Assembly (NCBI GenBank): GCA_051313645.2
Contig: JBNRSN020000005.1
Span: forward strand, 264,988,001 to 265,052,000
Length of the DNA: 64,000 bases
Source: Centroscyllium fabricii
Lineage: Eukaryota
Direction: 5' to 3'
Both the position numbers and the translations under genes were made by a program. The first letter of the stretch is position 1, and every line of letters begins with the position of its first letter. Shown in pieces: positions 35,113 through 47,457 of this stretch. Under the pieces are notes generated by a model. The model saw nothing but the letters and a program-made list of their open reading frames with translations, was not told the origin of the DNA and did no database searches.

Positions 35113-38027
35113 TGGTATAAGGGGGCCATGAGAGCGGCTGCTCCCGGGATGAAGCGGTTATAAAAATTAACCATGCCTAAGAATTCCTGCAGCCCCTTAA
35201 TAGAGTGCGGGTGGGGGAATTCTTGTACCGCCTGTGCCTTAGAGGGCAGGGGTATGGCCCCTGCTTGGGAAATGCGGTGGCCGAGGAAGTCGATGGTCTC
35301 GAGGCCGAATTTGCATTTGATGGGGCTTAGGATAAGGCCGTGTTCGGTGAGGCGCTGGAACAGGGTCCTGAGGTGCAGGAGGTGTTCCTGGGGGGAGGTG
35401 CTGGCCACGAGAATGTCGTCTAAATAGACGAAAATGAACTTCAAGTCCCGTAGGACTGAGTCCATGAGGCGCTGGAAGGCCTGGGCCGCATTTTTAAGGC
35501 CGAAGGGCATCCTCAGAAACTGAGAGTCCGAAGGGGGTAATTACGGCCGTTTTGGGAATGTCCACCGGGTGTACGGGCACCTGGTGGTAGCCACGCACCA
35601 GGTCGATCTTAGAAAAGATCGTGCGCCCTGCCAATCTGGCGGAAAAATCCTGGATGTGGGGTACGGGGTACCTATCCGGGGTGGTGGCGTTGTTGAGGCG
35701 GCGGTAGTCGCCGCAGGGGCGCCAACCTCCGTCGGGCTTGGGGGCTATGTGGAGCGGAGAGGACCAGGGGCTGCTGGAGCGGCGGATTATACCGAGTTGT
35801 TCCATAGTGCGGAACTCGGTGATTGCGATCTCCAGCTTGGCTGGGTCGAGCCTACGGGCGTGTGCATGGACCGGAGGACCTGTGGTCATTATAAAGTGTT
35901 CCACCCCGTGTTTGGCCTTGCGGGCGGTGAACGTGGGGTTGGTAAGGGCAGGGAATTCCGCCAGGAGTGTGCCGTAGGCATCGGGGTCCCTGGAGCGGCA
36001 TTGGGCTGCCGCGTGGGCCAGGAGTGCAGGCCCTGTGGAACATGGGATGGTCGTCATGGTGTTTAAATTCACCAGGCGGCGCCGAGTTACATCGACCAGT
36101 AGGCCGTTGGCGCAGAGGAAGTCTGCCCCGAGGAGGGGAGAGGTGACCTGGGCCGTTACAAACTCCCAGGTATACGTGTGGCTTGCAAGGGTTATAGTAA
36201 GCTTGCGGGTGCCATACGTTTTTATATTGGACCCGTTGGCTGCCGCTAGTGGCGGGCCCCGGGTGCCTCGTTTGGTTTCTGCAGGGGAGGCTGGCACGAT
36301 GCTGTGCTGCGCGCCTGTGTCGCAGAGAAACCTGAGGCCGGTACCGCTGTCTGTGACGAAGAGCAGTGCTCCTGTGTGGCCTACAGACATGGTGGAGGCT
36401 GAGTTGGGTCTGGGTTTAAACGCGCATGGCTGTAAGCAGCGGTGCGCTTTGTGCTCAAACCGCGTGTGATAGTAGCACCAGCCGGTGCTAGAGGGACGCG
36501 GTTGTCTAGGCGGGCGCGGGGCCCTAGGTTCGGGCGTAAAATTGTGCCTGGGGGGTGAATAGTTGCGCGGGCGCGGGGCCCTAGGTTCAGGCGTAAAATT
36601 GTGCCTGGGGGGTGAATAGCTGCGCTCTACCAATGCCGAGTTAGGGACGCACGTGGTGGAGCTGGTGCGCTGCGCTGCCATCAGCCTGTCGGCTTCCTCG
36701 CCGAGTTCATCGTCGCTGCGATGGGCTAGGGCCGCCAAGGCCGGTCTGATGGCGCGGGGCAATTTGAGGAGGAAGACTGTGCGAAATAGGGTGGCAGGAT
36801 TGGGAGTGAGCGCCTGCATCTGACCTAGGAGGTCCGATGGGTCTGCGTCCCCGAGTTCGGGGAGGTCGAGGAGCTGGCAGTCGAGCTCAAACTGGGAAAG
36901 GGTAAACTTCTTAATTAGCGCGGCCTTAAGCGTTTCATACCTGCCTGCAGAGGGCACGCGCTGGATCTTTGACCACATCCTATCGATGGTCGTTTGTGGC
37001 AGGGCTGTGAACACCAAGTCGTAGCGGTCGTCCCCGTTGATGCCATGTGAACGGCAGCTGGCTTCTATGCAGCTAAACCAGGCCGCTGGCCGTTGCTCCC
37101 AGAACTCGGGCAAAACAAGTCCGCGCCTGGTGCTCTGTCCAGCTCCTTGTGATCGTGGAGCTTGGTTCCTTGTGTTGGGCATGTTTTCGTAAAAAAAAAG
37201 TCCTTGGCTGGAGTTCCCCAATCCTGTGGCAGCTTTTTTTCTTTACTGGAATTCGTTCCAGTTATCGAGGTCACCACTGTTGTGCCGCAGGCCTTTAGAA
37301 ACTACACGGAGCCAGAGCTAAGAGAAAACATGTCTTTACTGAACAGAGTTAAACAAGAAAGAGGCAGAACTACTGAGTACAAGCATATTCAAACCGTCCC
37401 GCCGTTGGTGACGTCATCACGTCCGCCGACGTGGTGACGTAGTCGCATCACCCGGATGAGCGGGCTGTGCTCCGCGGAGCCCCGTTGGCGGATTCGATAT
37501 CCCAGCGGGTGTGCCGCCACAATATACATATTAAAATATATATAAATGGCAGAACAAGCCAAAGACGATAGTCTGGGTGACTCAAAGTTCTGCGATTTCC
37601 AGTAAGAAAAATCCTTTTTTTTTTTTTTTTTAAATCATTGTGGGTTTTTCCACAAACAGCAGACTAACATTTGACCCTTTGTGACTGCACCCTTTGATCT
37701 CAGGCTGACTGATATGTTAGAACACCTTTGATTGCTTTGATGTCTCTCTGCTGAGGTGTTATGTGAAACGGTTGGAGAGACCACCTGGTGTTGTGACTTC
37801 TTCCAAATGAAAGATCTGGTTGAAGTTATTGAACAAGTCATAAACCTGCAACAGAATTGTTACCTTCTGTTTTCACTGCATTCTTCATTCTCTATTCAAG
37901 CATAGAGTACTAGCTATTCCCTTCTCATTTTTTTAATTCAGTAAATTTTTAGCAAACCAGTTAGTTGGTTGAGGCTGGTGATCCCTCTGCTGCAAGTCTT
38001 GTTCTTGAATCTGCCCTCTGATTTCAG

Positions 38028-38220
38028 CCAACCTCTGCCGGAGATCGAAGGTAAACCTAACGTAACACAGCTTGATCTGCAAATCCTAAAGCTTCGTAAA
38101 ACCACTCTGGAAGGTATCCTTAACTCTGCAAACCGTATGCGTATGGAGGCAGAGGATCTGCAAGAGACAATCGTTGATATTGAAGACTGGCTAGACAGAC
38201 TTCAGTCATTGGCTGAAGAG
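38028..38220 (+). CDS. MYOF: Ferlin exon (FerA) SQPLPEIEGKPNVTQLDLQI...IEDWLDRLQSLAEE
   Basis: tttcag|...GAG|gttagt; 193 nt, phase 2 to 0. Confidence 0.92.
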
Positions 38221-39756
38221 GTTAGTGGGCAAACTTGCAATGGCTAAACCTAGTATTCTCTTCCATCTACCTATCTGCATGAGTGTTCATTTTAGTTCAA
38301 TCATTTAAAAGGAGCTTTGATGTTTTTGGGGGGGCAATCTACTTGGAGGAAACCAACATAACCGTATTTTAAAACGGCTGTCATTTATATAGCGGCTTTT
38401 ACATGGTTAAATGTCCCAAGGTGCTTCACAGGAGTGTTATCAAACAAAATTTGATACTGCACCATATAAGGACAGGTGACAAAAAGCTTGATCAAAGAGG
38501 TCGGTTTTAAGGCACGTCTTCAAGGAGGAGAGAGGTGTTTAGGGAGGGTATTCTAGAGCTTGGGGGCCCAGGCAGCTGAAGGCATGGCTGACAATGGTGG
38601 AGTGATTAAAATTGGGGATTCGCAGGAGGCCAAAATTGGAGGAAGTTGCTGCGCTTCCAGTACTGGATGTCAGAGAAGCTGCGTGATAAATCGAAGGTAA
38701 TGGAGGGGTCAAGAGAGGTGCTGGTGAGGTAGAGCTAAAACTAATGTTTTACAGCATTTGATAGGTTTTTAATAACATTTAAATTGCCTTGTATAAACTT
38801 TTGTAAAAGGTTGCTGTACTGTGAAAGGCACCAGAAAAGATGAGATTCATGATCGATGACATTCAAAATCCATAATCTTAGGTTTTGAGCACTAGTCTTT
38901 GCAGTTGAGTTGTTTCAGTGTTAAATAGAAAATAAAAAATGCATTGGGGGGCAAACTCTTATCCTGCTCTACACATTTCATAGTCTCTCCTGTGCATTTT
39001 TCTTATCATTGCAAGGTGCATTTATACTGTAACAATAATGTTGCTGTGAAGCAATTTAGTGTTGGAGCTGTCTTGCTCCATTTCACCCCAAGTTAAATCC
39101 TGACTCTGGATTTACATTACTATAATATTGGTGTGAAGTGAAACCGCTTCACCTACTATTGTTTACTTGTACTCCAGATATTGTAGTGTAACTGTACCCT
39201 TAGAGATTGGAAGTAATGCGCTGAATACAATGGATACTGTTTGAATAGAATTTTGATCTTGTATGCAAGATTAAAGTTGCAAGTAATGAGTCATTACATG
39301 TGTGGTATAATAGTTGGCATTCACCCATTTTGTCTCTTTCACCTCCCCTCCTCATTCTGAATACAGTTTCACAGGTCCTGGCAACACTCCAAATGGTCAT
39401 TCTTCATGCATGAGCCTAGAGTATAAGCTGATTATTTGACTGCCAGGATGCAGCATAGCCGCGCATCTAGCATCCATACGCACGCACTTTGCTGATTTCA
39501 TTTCTTCCTGCCCTTAGTCCGAATAACTCTGGACAATTGTCGAAGCCCAATCTCTGCCCTAGCTGAGTACGAACTCCGCACAGGCCAGGGTTTAAACTGG
39601 GGACCTTCTTCATTCAGTACAGATTCACATAGACTATGAAGTGTATTCATCTGCTAACCCACCAGGGGAGCCTGAATTTGCTAGATTAACTTCTACACTT
39701 AGCTTAGTTGGAAAGAGCCTGTTACTATGGCAAACCATTTTTTTTTGCCCTAACAG

Positions 39757-39912
39757 CCACAAAATAGCATGCCTGACATAATCATCTGGATGATATGCGA
39801 CGAGAAACGAGTTGCATATGCACGAATTCCAGCTCATGAGGTGCTTTACTCAACTACCAAAGAAGAAGCCTGCGGCAGATATTGTGGAAAGACACAGACC
39901 ATATTTCTGAAG
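39757..39912 (+). CDS. MYOF: Ferlin exon (FerB) [32 protein letters not shown]...[10 protein letters not shown]
   Basis: taacag|...AAG|gtagat; 156 nt, phase 0-0. Confidence 0.95.
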
Positions 39913-41202
39913 GTAGATTTGAGTCTGGCACTTGACATTAATGATAACTCTGTTTAATACTCTTCATAAAGAAGCAGAAATCATTTATTTTGGCTTTTGT
40001 TTTGTGAAGCCTTGCATAAGTTAATACTATGGTATTGTATGTTCGAGGTTTGCCCTGTATGGATAATGCATCTTGCCATATTAGGCACAAATATTCTCAT
40101 TAGCTTCTTTGGTCTTGCTACTTAGGATACTGTTTTACTTATTTTCTGGCTCTTGTAACTCATTGTACACATGTTTAAACTTCCCAGCTGGATTAAGCCT
40201 CATATTATCTGGTGCTTGTGAATTTGGTTTCAAGAAATATATTCAAATAACTTGTTTATTAACGACCAAGTCACTTAACAATTGGGTTTCTTCTGTGCTA
40301 AATTGTACATTGTTCTGTCAATAGCCAATGAGGAGACAATTCATTATTTAATTCAGAATCTGTTCTATCCAGTTATTAAAGGGTGCTGAAGAAACTTGTT
40401 AAAACTGGTTACTTAGCAACTATTGGAACCCAACTGCTATTTTAGTTTTTGATCATTCTAACCTCATTCAGTGATTGGGCTGTTTTTACGAAAGCCAACA
40501 ATTTCTTATCCAGGCCAAAATATTCTACTTTGCCACCTGAAGCCGATGGGTTAGAATTTCCGCAAAGGTCTCCCGCCATAATTGCAGTGGAAACCCTGTT
40601 GAAACGGTGCAAGCGATCACTTGCGCTGGTTTTCTCTCGTTTCTGCCAATCTCACGCTGAAGTTGTTAGGAGATTGGGAGAAGTGGATGGAAATTGCAGG
40701 TGAATGGACCCAATTCCACAGGCACCTGGCAGCCTCTGAACCAAGTGGCTGTTCCTTGAGGTTGAATAAGGAGTATCGGCAGGTTAATGACAGTGGGGGA
40801 CATCACCAAGTTCATCCTGTCTTTGCCCAACTTGCATATATGAAGATTTTCCATCCAGAGTTACTGGATAACTTTTGTGGGCAGAAACATTGTCCAAATT
40901 ATGTTTCTTTTTAGTTTTCTGTCTTCCCTCCCCAATCCTGGCCTAAGCTAAGTGGTTCTGCTGCCAAATGCCCCACTGCCACCCAACCTGAAATAAGTTA
41001 ACTCCGCAAAGCCCAAACCTGGTTTGTGTAGGTCACGACCATACCACAGTATCATTGACGACTGAGGTAGGATTTTTGAAGATTTAAATATATCTTAATT
41101 GGTGATCGCAATGGTACCAGATAATTGGTACATTGCCTATTCAGACTGTGTTTGGTTTTAATGAATGTTCGGACGGACTAACCCTTCCTTCTGTTCTTCT
41201 AG

Positions 41203-41334
41203 TACATGCAAGGCAAGAACAAGGATTCCAAAATTCCCACTCAGTTACGTGTCCGCTTTTGGCTTGGACTCTCGGCTGTTGAGAGCAAATTCAACAGCTT
41301 TTCAGAGGGCAACTTCAGTGTATTTTCTGAATTG
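41203..41334 (+). CDS. MYOF: Ferlin exon YMQGKNKDSKIPTQLRVRFWLGLSAVESKFNSFSEGNFSVFSEL
   Basis: ttctag|...TTG|gtaaac; 132 nt, phase 0-0. Confidence 0.92.
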
Positions 41335-41504
41335 GTAAACCAGCAGCATTTTTTTTTTTTATTATTCCTTTGCAGTAGAATGAGTTAATACAAAAAGATG
41401 CAGATAGCACATTGTAAATGTAGAACAGAAATACCTGTCCAGTCCAGTACTGTACCTATGTGGCCCGTGACTTTCCCCCATCAATGGGCAGGATTCCAGA
41501 CCAT

Positions 41505-42120
41505 TGCAGTAATATCTTTTTATTAATTTTGGCCACCAGTCCCACGTAGTTTTAGCACTTGAACTCCAATTTGTCCTGGTACTTAATCATTTTGTTTTTG
41601 TCACTAAATTCTCTGCCATTATACAACAGTCCCCTCACACAATTGGGAATGGTGCTGAATTTGGGGGGGGGGGGGCGGACAAGAAAACCTATTTTCATTG
41701 TTGTGCATTGAACGCCAATGGGATTCCACATTCCTACGTCCCATTGGCCAGTCAAGAGGAGTTAACTTGGCACTACTGAAGTTTCGCAATACAACATTTT
41801 TAATCCATGTAGTGTGGTAGACTGTTGCTCCCAATATGTTTCTTCCTTTGCATTGAAGCCCACAGTTTGCCATTTTGGACCTTTTGTCATGGGCAGTATT
41901 CATGTCATGTCATCTCGCACTGAGGGAAGGAAAATCAAGAGAGATTTAACTGTGGTCTTGGTTGTGCTCTCATGTCCGGTGCACCATTGTCAGAGACCTG
42001 GGTGAAGCTCGCTCACTTTTATATGCAGTAATATCTTTTTATTAATTTTGGCCACCAGTCCCACGTAGTTTTAGCACTTGAACTCCAATTTGCCCTGGTA
42101 CTTAATCATTTTGTTTTTGT
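41505..42120. repeat. 97-bp direct repeat (41505-41601 and 42024-42120) around a 422-bp spacer
   Basis: The copies differ at one position by eye. Confidence 0.9.
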
Positions 42121-42337
42121 GTAGGATATTTTATTTAATATGTTTGTGCTTAACCAGACACTGATACATTTTTTAAATTACTAAGTTACTTACTTCCTCT
42201 CTGTTAATGAATAATTGTTCTCCTTATTATACACATCTTAAATTTACACTTGGCAAATGTCTCAAATTAGGGGTCAGCATTTAATGTTCCTTTTACCCAC
42301 TTTTTAATGCCTGTTAATCTTTCTTCTGTGCAAATAG

Positions 42338-42501
42338 TATGAAAACCAAGCACAGATACTGGGCAAATGGGGCACTGGTGGGCTTGTGGGTCGCTACAAG
42401 TGTTCTGATGTAACTGGCAAAATAAAACTGAAGAGGGAACGCTTCATGCCCCCGAGAGGGTGGGAATGGGAAGGCGACTGGTTCATTGATCCTGAAAGAA
42501 G
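42338..42501 (+). CDS. MYOF: Ferlin exon (outer DysF-N) YENQAQILGKWG...SDVTGKIKLKRERFMPPRGWEWEGDWFIDPER
   Basis: aatag|...AG|gtcaga; 164 nt, phase 0 to 2. Confidence 0.94.
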
Positions 42502-43890
42502 GTCAGACATTTTCTTTAATCTAAATATTTATTGGCTACAATAACTCTCATACTTTGTGTGGCCTAAATTAGAAAAATAATTTACTGAAGAAAAGCAATG
42601 TTAGAATATTTTACTCTCGTGTGCACCTGTATCTTTGGCCACTCTATGGGTCGGTGTATAACAGCTACATATTCAGAGCTTTACCCTGCTTAATCTTCCT
42701 TTGCTATTTCCTTTTTTTTTTTCACCCCTCCCTGAGCAGCAGCAGGTTATCGGTTAGGTTTGCCCCTCCCCTGTCCAACATGGCCAAATACTCATCGTGG
42801 TTCCCCGCCCCCTCCCCCAGTACTTTCCCATTTATGGGACACTGCCTCTCGCTACTGCACTTAACTCTTCGGCCCAGAAGGGGGCATTCACTGACCATGT
42901 TTTATTCATCAATTGTACTCGAAGTGCACTTGAATAAATTAATTTGAAAACATTCTGGTTATGCCAGTTCACTGCCAGCTGGTGGCAGCAGACCACACCA
43001 GATACAGTTCAAGAGGCGGCCTTGGTGTTTCTGATACTGTTGAGTAATAAGTAACTTGTATTTATCCGGTGTATTTAACATTAAATGTGCCAAGCTGATC
43101 GAGAGGAGAAATGGATGGGAAACAATAGTAGCTGATTTAGGAGAGATGAGTGATAGCATAATTAAAGAGTGAGATTTTGAGGAAGCTTTTAAAGGAAGGG
43201 AGAGATTGGAACGCCCTTCCTAAAGCCCTATTAGCTGTTTGAGAATCATGCTGAGATGGCTGACGGCTCTGCCACGGTAATGTAGCAGAGGGAGGGAAGG
43301 ATGGACATTGGACTGAACGTACTGTTGGACGAGGTTGGTGAACTGGGGCCGTGGGAAGATTTGTAAATTAAGGTTTTCAATTAGAAACATAAAAACTAGG
43401 AGCAGGAGTAGGCCATTCGGCCCTTCGAGCCTGCTCCGCCATTCAATGAGATCATGGCTGATCATCGAAACTCAGCACCCTGTCCCTGCCTTGTCCCAAC
43501 ATCCCTCGATCCCTAAGCTGAAGGGCCTCTTTTTGTGCTGTAGAACTCTATGACCACAAAATATCATGAGTAAAACCATTCCCTTTCCTAATGTTGGATG
43601 AAGTAATCATGCAAGTTCAACAACAGAAGGCACCATCTCAGCCGCCATTATATTCATTAGGCTAAAAGCCTCCAGATGATCAAATAGAATCACACCAAAC
43701 TGCAATGGTTTTCTGTAAAATGCAGAGATTACACCTTACTGATGGTTTAGTGAAACCAAACATATGGTGTATTCTACTGCCACGCTGCCCATAAAGTTTA
43801 AGTAGCTGCTCACCCAGTTTCGTGATGTCTGAGAAAAAGGAGTCCTTGGTGGCCACATCTTTACCGTTCCATCATTCCCCAAACTATTGC

Positions 43891-44280
43891 ATAGAAACAT
43901 AGAAGATAGGAGCAGGAGTAGGCCATTTGGCCCTTCGAGCCTGCTCCGCCATTCAATGAGATTATGGCTGATCATCCAAACCCAGCACGCTGTCCCTGCC
44001 TTGTCCCAATATCCCTCGATCCCGCACCGACACACACCCCACCCTATCCCCGTAACCCCACATATTTAATCCCCCTAACACTAAGGGTCAATTTATCATG
44101 GCCAATCAACCTAACCTGCACATCTTTGGACTGTGGGAGGAAACCGGAGCACCCGGAGGAAAACCACGCAGACACGGGGCGAATGTGCAAACTCCACACA
44201 GATAGTACCCGAGGCCGGATTTGACCCCGGGTCTCCAGTGCTGAGACAACAGTGCTAACCACTATGCCACCGTGCCGCCC
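43891..44280 (-). mobile_element. HE1-like V-SINE
   Basis: Full tRNA head, V-domain and tail in reverse complement; a tail-only copy lies at ~43382-43515. Confidence 0.85.
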
Positions 44281-46760
44281 TTCTGTGCATTCGGAGGCCA
44301 GGGAGCCAGTGGAGGCGGGTTGAGAAACGGGGTAATGGGCAAGTAGGAGTTGGTGTGGAACAGAATTTGGGTGGCATAGGACAGAAATATTCAGGCTCAT
44401 TAGTATTCTTCCCATTTAATGAGCATGTCATGGATGTTTAGGAAGGATACATCTTTTATCACAACTTGTGCTGATTTTGAAATAAACGAAATATACTTTT
44501 TAAACATGGAAACTTAGAAGATAGCAGCAGAGTAGGCCATTCGGCCCCTTGAGCCTGCTCCGCCATTTAATGATCTCGGCTGATAATCCAAACTCAGTAC
44601 CTTGTCCCTGCCTTCTCCCCATATCCCTTGATCCCTTTAGCTTTAAGAAATATATCTAACTCCTTCTTGAATATATTTAATGAACTGGCCTCCACTGCCT
44701 TCTGTGGCAGAGAATTCCACAGCTTCACCACTCTGGGTGAAGAAATTCCTCCTCATCTCAGTCCGAAATGGCTACCCCTTATCCTTAGACTGTGACCCCT
44801 GGTTCTGGACTCCCTGGCCATCGGGCACATCCTTCCTGCATCTACTTTGTTCGGACCTGTTAGAATTTTATAAGTTTCAATGAGATCCCCTCTCATTCTT
44901 CTAAATTCCAGCAAATACAAGCCTAATTGACCCAATCTCTGTCATTCCTGCCATCCCAGGTATCAGTCTAGTGAATCTTCGCTGCACTCCTTCCATGGTG
45001 AGAACATCCTTCCTCAGATAAGGTGACCAAAACTGCGCACAATGCTCGAGGTGTGGTCTCACCAAGGCCTTGCAACTGCAGCAAGACATCCTTGTTCCTG
45101 TACTCTAATCCTCTCTCCATGAAGGCCAACATACCATTTGCCTTCTTAACCACCTGCATGCTTACCTTTAGTGACTGGTGCACAAGGGCACCAGGTCTCG
45201 TTGCACTTCCCCTTCTCTCAATCTATTACCGTTCAGATAATAATCTGCCTTCCTGTTTTTGCCACCAAGTGGATAACCTTGCATTTATCCACATTATACT
45301 GCATCCTGCCATGCATCCGCCCAATCACCCATCCTGTCCAAATCATACTGGAGTTTCTCTGCGTCCTCCTCACAGCGCACACTCCCACCCAGCTTTGTGT
45401 CGTCTGCAAACTTGAGATATTACATCTAGTTCCCTCGTCTAGATCGTTAATATATATATTGTGAATAGCTGGGGTCCTAGCACTAATCCCTGTGGTACCC
45501 CACTAGTCACTACCTGCCACTCGCAGAAAGACCCGTTTATTCCAACTCTTTCTTCCTGTTTGCCAACCAGTTCTCTATTGAAGTCAGTACCTTACCCCCA
45601 ATCGCATGTGCTTTAACTTTGCACGCCAATCTCTTATGTGGGGCCTTCTGAAAGTCCAAATATACCACATCCACTGGTTCGCCCTTATCTATTCTACCAG
45701 TTACATCCTCAAATTCCAGTAGATTAGTTCAGCACGATTTACCTTTTGTAAATCCATGTTGACTTTGTTCAATCCTGTGACTGTTTTCCAAGTGCTCTGC
45801 TATTAAATCTTTTTTATAATGGACTCTAGCATCTTCCCCACTACTGATGTCAGGCTTACCAGTCTATAATTACCCGTTTTCTCTCTGCCACCTTTTTTAA
45901 ATGGTGGGATTACATTAGCTACCCTCCAATCCATGGGAACTGTTCCAGAGTCTTATCGAATTTTGGAAGGTGACCAGCAATGCATCTACTATTTATAGCG
46001 CCACTTCCTTAAGTACCCTAGGATGTAGATTATCAGGCCCTGGGGATTTATCGGCCTTCAGTCTTGTCAATTTCCCCAACAAATACTGATTTCTTTCAGT
46101 TCCTCCCTCTCATTAGACCCTATGTTCCCTGACCTCTCGGAGGTTATTTGTGTCCTCCTTTGTGAAGACAGAACCAAGTATATATTGAATTGGTCTGCCA
46201 TTTGTTTGTTCCTCATTATAAATTCCCCTGATTCTGACTGCAAGGGACCTATGTTCGACTTCACCAATCTTTTTCTCTTTACATATCTATAGAAGCTTTT
46301 ACAGTCAGTTTTTTGTTCCCTGCAAGCTTACTCTCATTCTATTTTCCCCTCTTAATTAGTCCCTTTGTCCTCCTTTGCTGAATCGTAAACTGCTCCCAAT
46401 CCTCAGGTTTTCTGCTTTTTCTGGCCAGTTTATATGTCCTCTCCTTGGATCTTATACTTTCCCTAATTTCCCTTGTTAGCCACGGTTGAATTAGCTTTTT
46501 ATTTTTATGCCAAACAGGAATGAACAAATTCTGTAGTTCATCCATGTGATCTTTAAATGTTTGCCATTGCCTATCCACAGTCAACACATTCCCAATCCAT
46601 CCTAGCCAACTCGTGGCTCATACCATCGTAGTTTCCTTTATTTAAATTCAGAACCCTAGTCTAAGTCAACTACTTCACACTCAATCTTATATCAAATCAC
46701 TCCTCCCCAAGGGACCTCTCACAACAAGATTGCTAATTAATCCTTTCTCATTACATAATA

Positions 46761-47457
46761 CAGGTTGAGCACCGTTAATCCGTGTCCCGAATAGCCGGCA
46801 GCTTCAGTCTGCCGGCACAAACTGCCCCGACTGCACTGCGCATGCGCAAAATGGCAGCCCCCATCGTGGCTTCAGCGAATGATCTGCGCATGCGCTCGGC
46901 GCATGCGCAGATCATTCAAAACAGCTGCGGGTGTTTTGAATGATCTGCGCATGCGTCACCGGACGGTTAGCGCATGCGCAGATAATTCAATACGGCCGCC
47001 CGTTATTTTCTCGATCCGAAACAACAGAAATCTCTGGAGAAACTCAGCAGGCCAGGCAGCATCTGAAGAAAGGTCATCGACCTGAAACGTTAACTCTGCT
47101 TCTCTCTCCACCAATGCTGCCTGGCCTGCTGAGTTTCTCCAGCGTTTTCTGTTATTACTTCAAAATGATCATAGTCACACAGCTGTTGCTTAGTGACTGA
47201 GGCGGACAGTCACTAAGCAACAGCTGTCAGCCTGAGTCCCGCTCGGCGGCAGCAGCAACCCCAAAGGCGATGGAGAGGGACGGTGGACCCAGGCCCGATC
47301 TGCGCATGCGCGCGCCAGCCAATCGCAATGCTACGCGCATGCGCGCGGCCATTTTGCCTGGCGCGCATGCGCAGTGTCCAAACTCGTTCTCCTGGTTTTT
47401 TCCATTTCCCGGCACGGGCCTGGTCCCGCCCGTGCCCGATTAACGGTGCTCAACCTG
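46761..47457. mobile_element. Tigger/pogo-like MITE carrying a Penelope pLTR (~47018-47160)
   Basis: TA|CAGGTTGAGCACCGTTAATC ... GATTAACGGTGCTCAACCTG|TA. Confidence 0.85.
47063..47097 (+). ncRNA. Minimal hammerhead ribozyme motif, second Penelope family
   Basis: CUGAAGA-A-AGGUC-AUC-GACCU-GAAA-CGUU-AACU; degenerate copies at ~17160 and 49374. Confidence 0.55.

Larger units (their letters stand above)
32695..37521 (-). mobile_element. Full-length CsRn1-clade-like Ty3/gypsy LTR retrotransposon
   Basis: LTRs 32695-32930 and 37278-37521 (one substitution plus an 8-bp indel seen), TSD ATAT, PBS TGGTGACCTCGA (tRNA-Trp-like), PPT GGGGGGAG; CHCC gag motif, DTG protease, YLDD RT, RNase H, integrase with PPYDGPY; frameshifts near 35515 and 33320. 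Confidence 0.95.
32564..37805. mobile_element. Penelope-derived insertion (inverted pLTR pieces) split by a gypsy element
   Basis: 13-bp direct repeat AATGAAAGATCTG at 32551-32563 and 37806-37818; left arm is the reverse complement of the 34991-35110 pLTR; right arm ends CCTGGTGTTGTGACTTCTT. Confidence 0.65.

Noticed and set aside
33462-36469. Long + strand ORFs over the gypsy element (similar ones at 176-885 and 21281-24156)
   Set aside because: Antisense shadows of GC-rich retroelement coding sequence.
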